DNA of 64,000 nt from Escherichia phage T5, in sequence record AY587007.1; one strand, 5' to 3'. Positions 29,265-37,213 of this stretch are shown here, piece after piece. The translations under genes and the position numbers were made by a program. Positions within the stretch are counted from its first letter, which is position 1. Every line of letters begins with the position of its first letter. The notes below the pieces were generated by a model that saw only the letters and a list, made by a program, of their open reading frames with translations, was not told where the DNA came from and did not search any database.

Positions 29265-29340
29265 TGGCAGAAGGTAGTGGGTTCGAACCACGATCAGTGG
29301 TTTCAGAGATCCCAGCCTTAACCGACTTGGCTAACCTTCT
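29265..29340 (-). tRNA. tRNA-like, possible degenerate tRNA-Gln (CTG)
   Basis: perfect acceptor stem and T-loop but two mismatches in anticodon stem; 5' 23 nt also encode the C-terminus of the HNH ORF 29318-29899. Confidence 0.3.
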
Positions 29341-29899
29341 TCTTAATACTTTTTGGATCTTTACCTGTTAAGGATTTATAACGTTTACGTAGTCCGTTAT
29401 CAGATAATCCTAACTCTTTTGATGCTTTAACCCATGAATAGTTTATTACCCAATATTCTATTTGCTCTGCTGTAATATCAGGGCTACTCTTAGGTTTACA
29501 ATCAAAACAAGTTTTAGATGAAGAATTTATTTGTTTATTACAGTAAGGGCATTTATTACCACCTATTGTATGTCCTCTTTCAACTGTAGTTTTTATTCTA
29601 TGATCTTGCTTGGTCATGACTACTAGATTATCTAAGGAAAAATTCAATTTATTCCTATCTTTGTGATCCACTTCTAGCTCAGATTCTAGTGAAGGTAAAT
29701 CTTTAAATACTCTAGCTAGTAATCTATGTAATACGATAGAGACATTCTTGCCCTGTTCATAGAATGTTACAAACGGATATCCTGCACTACCTAAATGATG
29801 TGTGAGTAATTTATTACTCTTGGTAGAGTAAACTTCTCCATATGGAGAGATTAAGTATTCGGGATATTCCGGAATTACTTTGAAATTTTCTAATTTCAT
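29318..29899 (-). CDS. HNH homing endonuclease (paralog family A)
   Basis: 193 aa; HRLLARVF ... EVDHKDRNKLNFSLDNL motif; C-terminal domain shared with 30943-31527 and 36304-36984. Confidence 0.6.
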   Translation of the reverse strand: MKLENFKVIPEYPEYLISPYGEVYSTKSNKLLTHHLGSAGYPFVTFYEQGKNVSIVLHRLLARVFKDLPSLESELEVDHKDRNKLNFSLDNLVVMTKQDHRIKTTVERGHTIGGNKCPYCNKQINSSSKTCFDCKPKSSPDITAEQIEYWVINYSWVKASKELGLSDNGLRKRYKSLTGKDPKSIKKKVSQVG

Positions 29900-29900
29900 C

Positions 29901-30101
29901 TTATTCTACAGGAACCGTGGCGATTGGCTCAGGTTCTTCAAGGCGCTTACCTTCATGATCTACTCGAATGACTCCGCATCCTTCGCAAACCACAACTGCA
30001 CCATAACCTTCTTTGACTTCGGCTTCTGTAATCAGACCAGATAAGTCACCAGTATCTCTGCCCCACATATCAATGGAGCATTGTTTGCAGAAATCAGCCA
30101 T
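29901..30101 (-). CDS. small zinc-ribbon-like protein
   Basis: 66 aa with CKQC ... CEGC. Confidence 0.4.
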   Translation of the reverse strand: MADFCKQCSIDMWGRDTGDLSGLITEAEVKEGYGAVVVCEGCGVIRVDHEGKRLEEPEPIATVPVE

Positions 30102-30126
30102 ATTTTATTTCCTATTTAAGTTAATT

Positions 30127-30203
30127 TGGGGTGGCTAGTGGAATTCGAATCCACATAGGCCTGATTCACAATCAGGATCATTAACCAATTATGATATAGC
30201 CAC
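30127..30203 (-). tRNA. tRNA-His (anticodon GTG)
   Basis: clean cloverleaf, discriminator C, CCA encoded. Confidence 0.75.
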
Positions 30204-30432
30204 AATTGAAAACTCGCAGGGTTAGCGAAACCATCCTCAATTAGCATGTTCTAGAATACTAATCAAGTTATCTCCTATTGCACGCAGCTCAAGACGAGTA
30301 CGAATTTTCAATTGTGGCGGCTCTCAGAAACTCTTCTATTCTAGCCCCAGAAGCTTACCCCCGAACGCATGTCGGGAAAGTCTTTCCAAGCGCATCAAAT
30401 AGCACCGTTACACTTTGAGCCATTGATATATC

Positions 30433-30517
30433 AAGGAACAGAAGGAGTTGAACCTTCACGAGATAGACCATTTATCTCAACCGCTTTTAAGGTATATTTC
30501 TAGGAGTGGATGTTCCT
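30433..30517 (-). other. tRNA-like element without encoded CCA, core not foldable as a cloverleaf
   Basis: perfect 7-bp acceptor pairing and perfect T-arm (GAAGG TTCAACT CCTTC) but no canonical anticodon or D arm. Confidence 0.3.
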
Positions 30518-30568
30518 AGTAAACCTATTCGGCAGTCCCGTCTACCAATTCCGGCATATTCCAAGAAT

Positions 30569-30745
30569 TTTTTATAAACCAGCAGAAGCCTCATTTAAAG
30601 CATCAACAATAGCTTCACGCTGGGTCATTCCATACCCAGTGGAGTCTAGGTGAGGCAAATAGGCTGCCCATCCATTATCTGTTTCATGAAGGCATGCTTT
30701 AAATTTTTTACCGTCCTTCATTGTTACAGTAACTGTTTTGCTCAT
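30569..30745 (-). CDS. small protein (58 aa) with HicB/UPF0150-like pattern
   Basis: ORF below track cut-off with RBS AAGGA; sequence GWAAYLPHLDSTGYGMTQREAIVDALNEA resembles the HicB antitoxin-fold family. Confidence 0.3.
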
Positions 30746-30765
30746 AAGGATTCCTTATAGTTAAT

Positions 30766-30855
30766 TGGAGGAAGGTAATGGAGTCGAACCATCACCGTAT
30801 CACTACAGCGGGCTAGTTTTCAAGACTAGTTGCGTACCACTACGCCCTACCTTCC
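30766..30855 (-). tRNA. tRNA-Ser (anticodon TGA), type II
   Basis: 90 nt, long variable arm, anticodon loop CTTGAAA. Confidence 0.6.
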
Positions 30856-30862
30856 ATTTGTT

Positions 30863-30956
30863 TGGCGGAAAAGATGGGAGTTGAACCCATAAGGCAATAT
30901 TGCTATTACTCAACCGATTTCCAATCGGGTTTAGTCGCCAGTCTATTTGCTTTTCC
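30863..30956 (-). tRNA. type-II-like tRNA, possibly Ser (GGA); fold uncertain
   Basis: 94 nt; perfect acceptor and T-arm; candidate anticodon loop TTGGAAA; D-arm ambiguous; 5' 14 nt overlap the HNH ORF 30943-31527. Confidence 0.3.
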
Positions 30957-31527
30957 GTTGTTCTGTTAATACTTTTGGGCTTAATCCAGTTAGTTTAGTA
31001 TACCTCCTGCGCAAAGTGGACTCTGATACTTCTAACTCTTTAGCTGCCTTAACCCACCCCATTAATAAAACCTTTTCAGTTATGTCGTCTAAAGACAATT
31101 CTGGTTTTATCAACCTTCCTGTAGGTTTTGGCTTACAATTTGTACATGTTACAGATCTCTGAAGCATTAGACTCCCACATAGGGGGCAAGGTACTCTACT
31201 GTCAGACCACCCATTATCTTTATTAGTTTTCCTCTGATGTTCTATTTTTGATAGGACTTGAAGATTATCTTTAGATAGATTCAGTCTATCTCTATCCTTA
31301 TGATCTACCTCTAATTCAGGGTCAAATAGATTATATAAGTCCCCAAATACATGAGAAATAATTCGGTGTATAAGTACAGAGGTTTGTTTACCATTTATCT
31401 GTAATTTTACAGCAGGGTATCCATCAACTATATATCTTGATAAAACTTTATTAGTAAATGTAGAGAACACATCCCCCGCCTCATTTACTAAATACCCTGG
31501 TGCATCTTTTATTGGTACAAACTGCAT
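30943..31527 (-). CDS. HNH homing endonuclease (paralog family A)
   Basis: 194 aa; HRIISHVF ... EVDHKDRDRLNLSKDNL motif. Confidence 0.6.
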   Translation of the reverse strand: MQFVPIKDAPGYLVNEAGDVFSTFTNKVLSRYIVDGYPAVKLQINGKQTSVLIHRIISHVFGDLYNLFDPELEVDHKDRDRLNLSKDNLQVLSKIEHQRKTNKDNGWSDSRVPCPLCGSLMLQRSVTCTNCKPKPTGRLIKPELSLDDITEKVLLMGWVKAAKELEVSESTLRRRYTKLTGLSPKVLTEQRKSK

Positions 31528-31544
31528 ACATAAATCCTATGAGT

Positions 31545-31629
31545 TGGTGGGGCTAGGGAGACTCGAACTCCCACGCATTTAAGCTACGGAATCTAAGGCC
31601 GTATTGTCTACCAGTTCCAGCATAGCCCC
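31545..31629 (-). tRNA. tRNA-Leu (anticodon TAG), type II
   Basis: 85 nt, variable arm present, anticodon loop CTTAGAT. Confidence 0.55.
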
Positions 31630-31634
31630 GAATT

Positions 31635-31709
31635 TGGTGGACAAAGAGGGACTCGAACCCTCCCTACCAGATTGCAAGTCTGGTGTGCTCCCGCTGACAC
31701 TATTCGCCC
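31635..31709 (-). tRNA. tRNA-Ala (anticodon TGC)
   Basis: clean cloverleaf, two G-U pairs in acceptor stem. Confidence 0.65.
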
Positions 31710-31947
31710 AAATTATTTAGTTTACTAAGGCTATTAGCTCGGCGTAACTACAGCACCTTCGCTTCAAGCGGAAGGAACCGCGTCATCTCGCAAACCCAAT
31801 ACACTATTCAGTTGCCGCTGAATCTAGTGGACTAATCTAGAACTTCTCCCAAATCGTAGGGATCGTGCTTTTTGGCAGCCAGTCCTAGGTCGAGCTAATA
31901 CCTTAGTGAACTATGATGGGGATTTCTCCTCATCAATTTATATAAAT

Positions 31948-31976
31948 ATTATAACAAGAAATTAAGCATTAAGCAA
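31948..31976 (-). promoter_or_regulatory. T5-type early promoter, -35 TTGCTT, 17 bp, -10 TATAAT
   Basis: hexamers on minus strand; would transcribe the downstream tRNA block. Confidence 0.55.
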
Positions 31977-32001
31977 CTGCGTTTTTGAAATTTCTTGGAC
32001 T

Positions 32002-32075
32002 TGGTACTCGGTGATAGAATCGAACTATCACAACCGCCGTGTAAAGGCGGGGTTCTCCCATTATACTAACCGAGC
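32002..32075 (-). tRNA. tRNA-Val (anticodon TAC)
   Basis: cloverleaf with perfect anticodon stem CCGCC/GGCGG. Confidence 0.6.
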
Positions 32076-32082
32076 AAAAATT

Positions 32083-32160
32083 TGGTGGGTTGCACAGGAC
32101 TCGAACCTGTAACCTATGGTTTAAAAGACCAGTGCTCTAAACCAGTTGAGCTAGCAACCC
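32083..32160 (-). tRNA. tRNA-Lys (anticodon TTT)
   Basis: clean cloverleaf, one mismatch closing the anticodon stem. Confidence 0.65.
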
Positions 32161-32328
32161 TTAGTAACCATTATATACTTCTTTAATAGTATGGACTTTC
32201 AAATAAAGGTGATTAGTACTAAACTCCGCCATTACTTCTTTTTCATTTTTTCCATAATGTGCAAGTAAGGATTTTGATGTATTCTTACCTAAACGTTTGT
32301 CACTTACTACTAATCGAAATACTTTCAT
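32161..32328 (-). CDS. small hypothetical protein (55 aa)
   Basis: ORF below track cut-off with RBS AGAGGA, wedged between two tRNA genes. Confidence 0.3.
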   Translation of the reverse strand: MKVFRLVVSDKRLGKNTSKSLLAHYGKNEKEVMAEFSTNHLYLKVHTIKEVYNGY

Positions 32329-32348
32329 TTCGAAATCCTCTATTAAAA

Positions 32349-32426
32349 TGGAAGCGGGTGCAGGAATCGAACCTACCTCTTTCTAGCTTATGAGACTAGC
32401 GATCTCTACCAGAGATCTAACCCGCA
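32349..32426 (-). tRNA. tRNA with anticodon CAT (Met, or Ile if lysidine-modified)
   Basis: cloverleaf with palindromic D-stem GATC; position 1:72 is U-U. Confidence 0.55.
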
Positions 32427-32432
32427 ATTGTT

Positions 32433-32509
32433 TGGTCTCCAATGAAGGACTCGAACCTTCAACCCCACCGCCCCAAACGGTGTACTCTAGCCAATTGAGC
32501 TAATCGGAG
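32433..32509 (-). tRNA. tRNA-Pro (anticodon TGG)
   Basis: clean cloverleaf. Confidence 0.7.
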
Positions 32510-32704
32510 AAAATTATTTCTTCAGCCACAACATGCTTAATCCTAGCATTGTAAAGCCTGTACTTAATCCTATTACCTTTTCTATCATAGAAAAGTTATC
32601 TATGTTAAATCCTACTATTACTATAGGGATAACCCAAGTACACATGAATACTGATGCAATTTTATACTTCACTTAGCTTTCCTTCTCTTCACTTTATAAG
32701 ATAT

Positions 32705-32733
32705 ATTATACAGAGAATTAAGCATAATAGCAA
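32705..32733 (-). promoter_or_regulatory. T5-type early promoter, -35 TTGCTA, 17 bp, -10 TATAAT
   Basis: hexamers on minus strand. Confidence 0.55.
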
Positions 32734-32863
32734 CTACATTTTTCATAAATTTACTTATTGTGTAGGCCACCTGGAGGCTACCAACCCCACGGCTGACAAA
32801 GAAGTTTGCGAGACTTCTCTTAAAAGCCAGAATAGACCCGCCGATCTATCGGAACCTACATAA

Positions 32864-33125
32864 TAAGTAAACTTTATAGTGTCATCCTAGACAGGATTCG
32901 AACCTGCTATCACTTGTGCGGACTTACGAGAACCATTCTTTCACTCGAATCGAACGAGCTTCTGCCCTCGCCAAGTTGGTTTCCCCATCAACCACGCTAG
33001 AATGTTAGATTGTTTTCAGTGCAAGAGTCCGAGTCTTGGACACGACCGCTTCGCAAGTACATAGGCAGCTTATCATGAGTCAGCACTTCCGAATTGCTAG
33101 CTCCGTGTTCTGCACTGAAATTTTA
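32864..33125 (-). other. non-coding stretch with two tRNA T-arm-like motifs but no foldable tRNA
   Basis: RNA-sense GCAGG TTCGAAT CCTGT and GCTCG TTCGATT CGAGT present; no matching acceptor or anticodon arms found. Confidence 0.3.
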
Positions 33126-33473
33126 TTAGTTTAACCGTAAAGTATTATCTACTTCACCATTAATTGTTCGGCACTCCTCTGGGATTGCCGGAGTGGCCTT
33201 GTATTCCCACCACTCAGCACCATCATATTCCCCACGTTCTAGCCAAGTTCCGTCGGCAAACCATACATTACCATAAAGTAATTGTCCACCGTATCCAGAA
33301 TCATATTCAAAGTCTAGGTTATCAAGAAAATCCTCAATATCTTCTTCTGTATAACCTAAAGGTAATACCCAAACTTTTTTATCCCCATAATACCCGAATT
33401 CTATTTTAATACACTTAACTTCAGAATTAGTATTTTTTAAGGCAAGTAACAGCTCTTCTTTGGCATTACGCAT
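33126..33473 (-). CDS. hypothetical acidic protein
   Basis: start trimmed to ATG 33473 so the CDS does not run through tRNA-Asp; 115 aa. Confidence 0.45.
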   Translation of the reverse strand: MRNAKEELLLALKNTNSEVKCIKIEFGYYGDKKVWVLPLGYTEEDIEDFLDNLDFEYDSGYGGQLLYGNVWFADGTWLERGEYDGAEWWEYKATPAIPEECRTINGEVDNTLRLN

Positions 33474-33498
33474 AGTATATTCCCATACTGAATTAATT

Positions 33499-33575
33499 TG
33501 GCGCGACCGATGGGATTTGAACCCACATTCTCTCCCGTGACAGGGGAGTACCATTACCAAGCCAGCCCCGGTCGC
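33499..33575 (-). tRNA. tRNA-Asp (anticodon GTC)
   Basis: cloverleaf with anticodon stem CTCCC/GGGAG. Confidence 0.65.
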
Positions 33576-33584
33576 ATAATTTAT

Positions 33585-33770
33585 TTACTCAGCTTTGAGT
33601 TTTTCAATAGCTGCATTAAGTTCTTTAAGAAACTCTTTTCGTACATTAAGACGATTGAGACTTACTAGTATATCATGTTTAAGCTCTTCGATGTATTTCT
33701 TCTCAACTTCAATATTGTTGATAGTGCTATCACGATGAACTTCTAGCTGCGCAATCACATTCTTGGACAT
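33585..33770 (-). CDS. small coiled-coil protein
   Basis: 61-aa ORF. Confidence 0.35.
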   Translation of the reverse strand: MSKNVIAQLEVHRDSTINNIEVEKKYIEELKHDILVSLNRLNVRKEFLKELNAAIEKLKAE

Positions 33771-33872
33771 GCTTGTTTCCTCAGTTATTAATGAAAATGG
33801 TATCTGTGGCTGAATTCGATGTCAGCAATGATAGCTGGTTGGCTACCGGTTTACTTAACTCTACACAGAATT

Positions 33873-33950
33873 TGGCGGTTCCTGCTGGATTCGAACCAGC
33901 AACCCTCAACTTAACAAGATGCCGCTCTAACCAATTAGAGCTAAGGAACC
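33873..33950 (-). tRNA. tRNA-Asn (anticodon GTT)
   Basis: perfect acceptor, D- and T-arms; anticodon stem has two non-canonical pairs. Confidence 0.5.
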
Positions 33951-34445
33951 ATATAAGTCAGAACTAGAGTTAATACGTTCTAGATATTTACTAAGATCTC
34001 TAGAATTTATACTAAACCACTCATGTTCTTTTAAATCTTTGAAATACTGGTGAATTAGTTTTTCACCTTTTCGTTTGTCAAACCAAAAAGACCAATGCTC
34101 TAACTTATAATCCCTATAAGGGGAATAAGTCTGATATTGAGCTAATCTCTCCTTTGGATTTTGACTCATACCTATTTTATACTGATTTTTCCATGCAGGA
34201 TTACTAATACAGTATACAAAACCTTCAGAAATAGGAAGTTTATTTTCCTGCTTAAACTTTATAAAGGAAAGTGCAGCAAGTTTTCTCGAATACATAGTAT
34301 TTGTATTCTTTTTGGTATTACCATTGGTTCCTGAAAGATTTATATATTCTTCCATAAATCTTTGGATTAGTTCTGCGGTTATATAGAAGGGCTCATTAGT
34401 AACAACGCCTTTCTTTACCAAACTATCAAAAACTTTTGTATGCAC
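33927..34445 (-). CDS. GIY-YIG-like homing endonuclease
   Basis: 172 aa with GFVYCISNP ... YKIGMS ... R motif; last 8 codons lie inside tRNA-Asn. Confidence 0.45.
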   Translation of the reverse strand: MHTKVFDSLVKKGVVTNEPFYITAELIQRFMEEYINLSGTNGNTKKNTNTMYSRKLAALSFIKFKQENKLPISEGFVYCISNPAWKNQYKIGMSQNPKERLAQYQTYSPYRDYKLEHWSFWFDKRKGEKLIHQYFKDLKEHEWFSINSRDLSKYLERINSSSDLYGSLALIG

Positions 34446-34466
34446 TACTTCTTTCCTTTAGTAATT

Positions 34467-34542
34467 TGGACGACCGCATGAGATTTGAACTCACATAAAA
34501 AGGATTTGCAATCCTTCGCCTAAGCCATTCAGCCAACGGTCG
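34467..34542 (-). tRNA. tRNA-Cys (anticodon GCA)
   Basis: cloverleaf with perfect anticodon stem AAGGA/TCCTT. Confidence 0.6.
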
Positions 34543-34547
34543 ATTTA

Positions 34548-34676
34548 TTATCTTTCATAATATGTAGCTACATGGTCGGAACCACAATTACCACACACTT
34601 TCTTACCTGTTTTAGAGTAGTAATCTTGATCACCACATTCATAACAGATACATAATTCTTTTTCTTGTTCTGTCAT
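34548..34676 (-). CDS. small zinc-ribbon protein (42 aa)
   Basis: ORF below track cut-off with RBS GGAGAA and CICYEC ... CGNC motifs. Confidence 0.35.
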   Translation of the reverse strand: MTEQEKELCICYECGDQDYYSKTGKKVCGNCGSDHVATYYER

Positions 34677-34705
34677 ATTGCTTCTCCAGTTCAATTTATG
34701 TAATT

Positions 34706-34734
34706 ATTATATAGAACTTTTGGAAACTAAGCAA
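34706..34734 (-). promoter_or_regulatory. T5-type early promoter, -35 TTGCTT, 17 bp, -10 TATAAT
   Basis: hexamers on minus strand. Confidence 0.5.
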
Positions 34735-34999
34735 CTACATTTTTTAAGAATTTGATGCCTTTCTTTTTCTTCTTATATTTCCACGTTAATGGATTCTGTC
34801 GATTATAAACGCTTGAGATCTTTGTCTCGTCAAAGTTCTTCAATATCATGTAATCACAGGATAATTGTTCTAGTGGAATGTGGTCACCGCCAAAAGCGTA
34901 TATATAAGGCCGTTGACTAACACGATAATGATAGACTTTGTTAATTCTACGTTTCAGCGATTTATCCGCACAGTAAATAAAGAAGTTTTCAGGATGCAT
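34727..34999 (-). CDS. hypothetical protein
   Basis: start moved to ATG 34999 with RBS AAGGAG; 90 aa. Confidence 0.4.
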   Translation of the reverse strand: MHPENFFIYCADKSLKRRINKVYHYRVSQRPYIYAFGGDHIPLEQLSCDYMILKNFDETKISSVYNRQNPLTWKYKKKKKGIKFLKNVVA

Positions 35000-35016
35000 C
35001 AGCATCTCCTTCAATT

Positions 35017-35091
35017 TGGTGCACCCTGTTCGAATTGAACGAACCTCTCAAGCTCTTCAGGCAAGCGCTAATCCATCTCAGCTAAAGGTGC
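35017..35091 (-). tRNA. tRNA-Phe (anticodon GAA)
   Basis: good acceptor, D- and T-arms; anticodon loop CTGAAGA; two U-U pairs in anticodon stem. Confidence 0.45.
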
Positions 35092-35097
35092 AAATTT

Positions 35098-35168
35098 TGG
35101 CAGAGGTAAAGGTATTCGAAACCTTTTCATGGGTTTTGGAGGCCCATTTGCAACCTATGCGTACCCCA
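35098..35168 (-). tRNA. tRNA-Trp (anticodon CCA), truncated D-arm
   Basis: 71 nt; anticodon loop CTCCAAA; perfect T-arm; D-arm folds as 3-bp stem with 5-nt loop; 1:72 is U-U. Confidence 0.4.
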
Positions 35169-35177
35169 ATTGTTAAT

Positions 35178-35254
35178 TGGCGTCCTGTGTGGGGATCGAA
35201 CCCGCAAACCCTACCTTGAAAGGGTAGTGACTTTACCAGTTTGTCTAACAGGAC
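35178..35254 (-). tRNA. tRNA-Glu (anticodon TTC)
   Basis: perfect acceptor and anticodon stems. Confidence 0.65.
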
Positions 35255-35260
35255 TTAAAT

Positions 35261-35348
35261 TGGTAGGGGAGGATGGAGTCGAACCACCCGAGTCGCAATG
35301 ACAACTAATTTACAGTCAGCTCTGCTACCACTTACAGAATACTCCCCC
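35261..35348 (-). tRNA. tRNA-Tyr (anticodon GTA), type II
   Basis: 88 nt with variable stem-loop; anticodon loop CTGTAAA. Confidence 0.6.
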
Positions 35349-35472
35349 ATATTTGAATGAAAAGTAAGTCGGTTAAACTCAAGGTGGAATATTTCAGGAT
35401 TTCCTGACTTTACCCCTCAAAGTAACTCGCTTAGTTACTTCTCATTCAGATATGTTTCCAAATTAGATAACT

Positions 35473-35501
35473 ATTATACCAAGTTTTAAGGCACTGAGCA
35501 A
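35473..35501 (-). promoter_or_regulatory. T5-type early promoter, -35 TTGCTC, 17 bp, -10 TATAAT
   Basis: hexamers on minus strand; -35 sits inside an 11-bp-stem hairpin (35492-35533). Confidence 0.5.
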
Positions 35502-35537
35502 GTCAAATTTTGAAGAACTTGCTCAGTGCTGTATTAG

Positions 35538-35813
35538 TTAGTCGAACTTAGGAGTGACAGATAAGGAGAACGGAAGTTCAAAAACTTCTTCACCCTCATT
35601 ACTAACAGTAACTACACGACCTTTAAGTTCAGACATTGAAATATCAATATCAGCTTTTGCATCTGGAGCCATGCCAGCTTCAACACATTTAGCTTTAACT
35701 TCCGGCAAGAGTTCTACATCGTAGAAATAAAGCCATTCAATCTCACCTTCCCAGCCTTCCCAGGATTTACAGATTGCACTTTCAATACCAGTTGCTACAA
35801 CACTATTTTGCAT
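35538..35813 (-). CDS. hypothetical acidic protein
   Basis: 91-aa ORF. Confidence 0.45.
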   Translation of the reverse strand: MQNSVVATGIESAICKSWEGWEGEIEWLYFYDVELLPEVKAKCVEAGMAPDAKADIDISMSELKGRVVTVSNEGEEVFELPFSLSVTPKFD

Positions 35814-35843
35814 TCGTTAACTCCTTCATCAATTTATACAACT

Positions 35844-35873
35844 ATTATATCAGAAATTTAAAGCAAAAGGCAA
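35844..35873 (-). promoter_or_regulatory. T5-type early promoter, -35 TTGCCT, 18 bp, -10 TATAAT
   Basis: hexamers on minus strand. Confidence 0.45.
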
Positions 35874-35903
35874 GTACATTTTTAAAAATTCTATTCGGAG
35901 GAG

Positions 35904-36110
35904 CTAAACTCCAGATTCTTCTGCCAAGTCTAGGCTAATAAGAGTTATAGCCATAATTGCTGCACCGTGTTCTTTTTCTCCGGTGTTTTTAGCAGAGTCT
36001 ATAATATCCTTAATCTGTTCGTAATAACTTTTTACTTCTTGTTCAATGCCTGCCTCGGCTATCATGCCTTTAGCCATGAATCGTTGCATGGTAATTTCAG
36101 GATTAGCCAT
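35904..36110 (-). CDS. hypothetical protein
   Basis: 68-aa ORF; start overlaps upstream stop as ATGGCTAA. Confidence 0.45.
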   Translation of the reverse strand: MANPEITMQRFMAKGMIAEAGIEQEVKSYYEQIKDIIDSAKNTGEKEHGAAIMAITLISLDLAEESGV

Positions 36111-36270
36111 GTTGTTTCTCCAGTTTCATTTTTAATAGTTTACAGATGAAATCAACGTCTTCATCCGTGCCTAAGTCTCTATCCTCAAGGGTCGCCTTGA
36201 AGTTTTTCGTCAATTCCATGAGGATGACTTCCCTAGAACGACGTGTTGGGGGCGGAGGAGGTCTATACAT
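36103..36270 (-). CDS. small proline-rich protein (55 aa)
   Basis: ORF below track cut-off with RBS AAGGA; stop overlaps downstream start. Confidence 0.3.
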   Translation of the reverse strand: MYRPPPPPTRRSREVILMELTKNFKATLEDRDLGTDEDVDFICKLLKMKLEKQHG

Positions 36271-36303
36271 CTTAATTCCTTAATTTGGTAGGAACTATAT
36301 CAT

Positions 36304-36984
36304 CTATGTTTTCTTAATACTTTTAGGATCTTTCCCCGTCAGGGACTTATACCTTTTCCTTAATCCAGTATCAGACAATCCTAGTTCTTTAGAGGCACGA
36401 ATCCAGGAATATTTAGATACCCAGTACTCTATTTGCTCCACAGTAATATCTGGATTTATAGTTATCCCTTTAGGAGTACATGATTTACAGTGTGTTGCTC
36501 TTGAGCTAATTTCGCAGTGACAAATAGCACACGTATTTACAGTCCTTTCTGTATACCTGCCAATATTTTTGCCTGCATGAGTAGGCGTTAGTGCATGGCA
36601 ATTTGGACATAGGAGGGCTAAGTTATCCCATTCATTATTATAGTGGTTTCCATCCTTGTGTTCGAGTTCTAAAGGAATTGGTTTGTCTAACCAACTTTCT
36701 AAGCCGCAACTCTCACACTTATGTGGTTTTAGCCCCTCGTTAAGAATTTTATTCTTTAGTTTATAGGAAGAAATAGGGCTGCCGTTATATAAATATTCTG
36801 TTGCAGACTTATATTTATTATCATACTGCCTATTCGTAGGAATAACTACTATTCCTAGTTTTCCTAAATATGCTTCCAAAGTGTTCGAGGAGCAGGATAG
36901 CATTCTTGCTATCTCTGCCTTAGATTTTCCCTGAGCTATCCACTGAGCTATTTCTTCCTTTCTATCTAGTATATCAGTTCTCAT
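36304..36984 (-). CDS. HNH homing endonuclease with N-terminal HTH-like region
   Basis: 226 aa; LELEHKDGNHYNNEWDNLALLCPNCH motif; C-terminus shared with paralogs. Confidence 0.6.
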   Translation of the reverse strand: MRTDILDRKEEIAQWIAQGKSKAEIARMLSCSSNTLEAYLGKLGIVVIPTNRQYDNKYKSATEYLYNGSPISSYKLKNKILNEGLKPHKCESCGLESWLDKPIPLELEHKDGNHYNNEWDNLALLCPNCHALTPTHAGKNIGRYTERTVNTCAICHCEISSRATHCKSCTPKGITINPDITVEQIEYWVSKYSWIRASKELGLSDTGLRKRYKSLTGKDPKSIKKT

Positions 36985-36997
36985 AATTTATGACTTT

Positions 36998-37075
36998 CTA
37001 CTTAAGTTGGTGGCTCCCCGAGGATTCGAACCTACGTACCTTCCAGTTATGAGCTGGGTGCTCATACCATATGAG
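36998..37075 (-). tRNA. tRNA with anticodon CAT (Met/fMet/Ile2 not resolved)
   Basis: good acceptor, D- and anticodon arms; T-stem only 3 bp. Confidence 0.5.
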
Positions 37076-37081
37076 CTTGAG

Positions 37082-37170
37082 AACCAGAATTTGGCGGAAG
37101 AAGTGGGAATCGAACCCACAAGGCTATATTTCAAACCGACAGATTAGCAATCTGCTGCAATACCGTTATG
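37082..37170 (-). tRNA. tRNA-Ser (anticodon GCT), type II
   Basis: 89 nt; anticodon loop TTGCTAA; long variable arm; perfect T-arm. Confidence 0.6.
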
Positions 37171-37184
37171 CTATTCTTCCGAAT

Positions 37185-37213
37185 TTATAAATATATTATA
37201 TTAGAAATTTAGC
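37185..37213 (-). promoter_or_regulatory. T5-type early promoter, -35 TTGCTA, 17 bp, -10 TATAAT
   Basis: hexamers on minus strand, positioned to transcribe the Ser/Met tRNAs. Confidence 0.55.

Noticed and set aside
28621-29371. Plus-strand ORFs 28621-28938, 28917-29210 and 29162-29371
   Set aside because: They overlap minus-strand tRNA genes and CDSs and consist largely of tRNA antisense sequence.
31710-31947. Possible tRNA in the gap after tRNA-Ala
   Set aside because: The sequence ends in CCA but has no T-loop or foldable arms; only a short hairpin is present.
33126-33560. Full-length ORF start at 33560
   Set aside because: The first 29 codons run through tRNA-Asp; the CDS was trimmed to the ATG at 33473.
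32654-35219. Plus-strand ORFs 32654-32863, 33773-33967 and 35016-35219
   Set aside because: They are antisense to tRNA genes or lie in tRNA-like non-coding sequence and have no start context.
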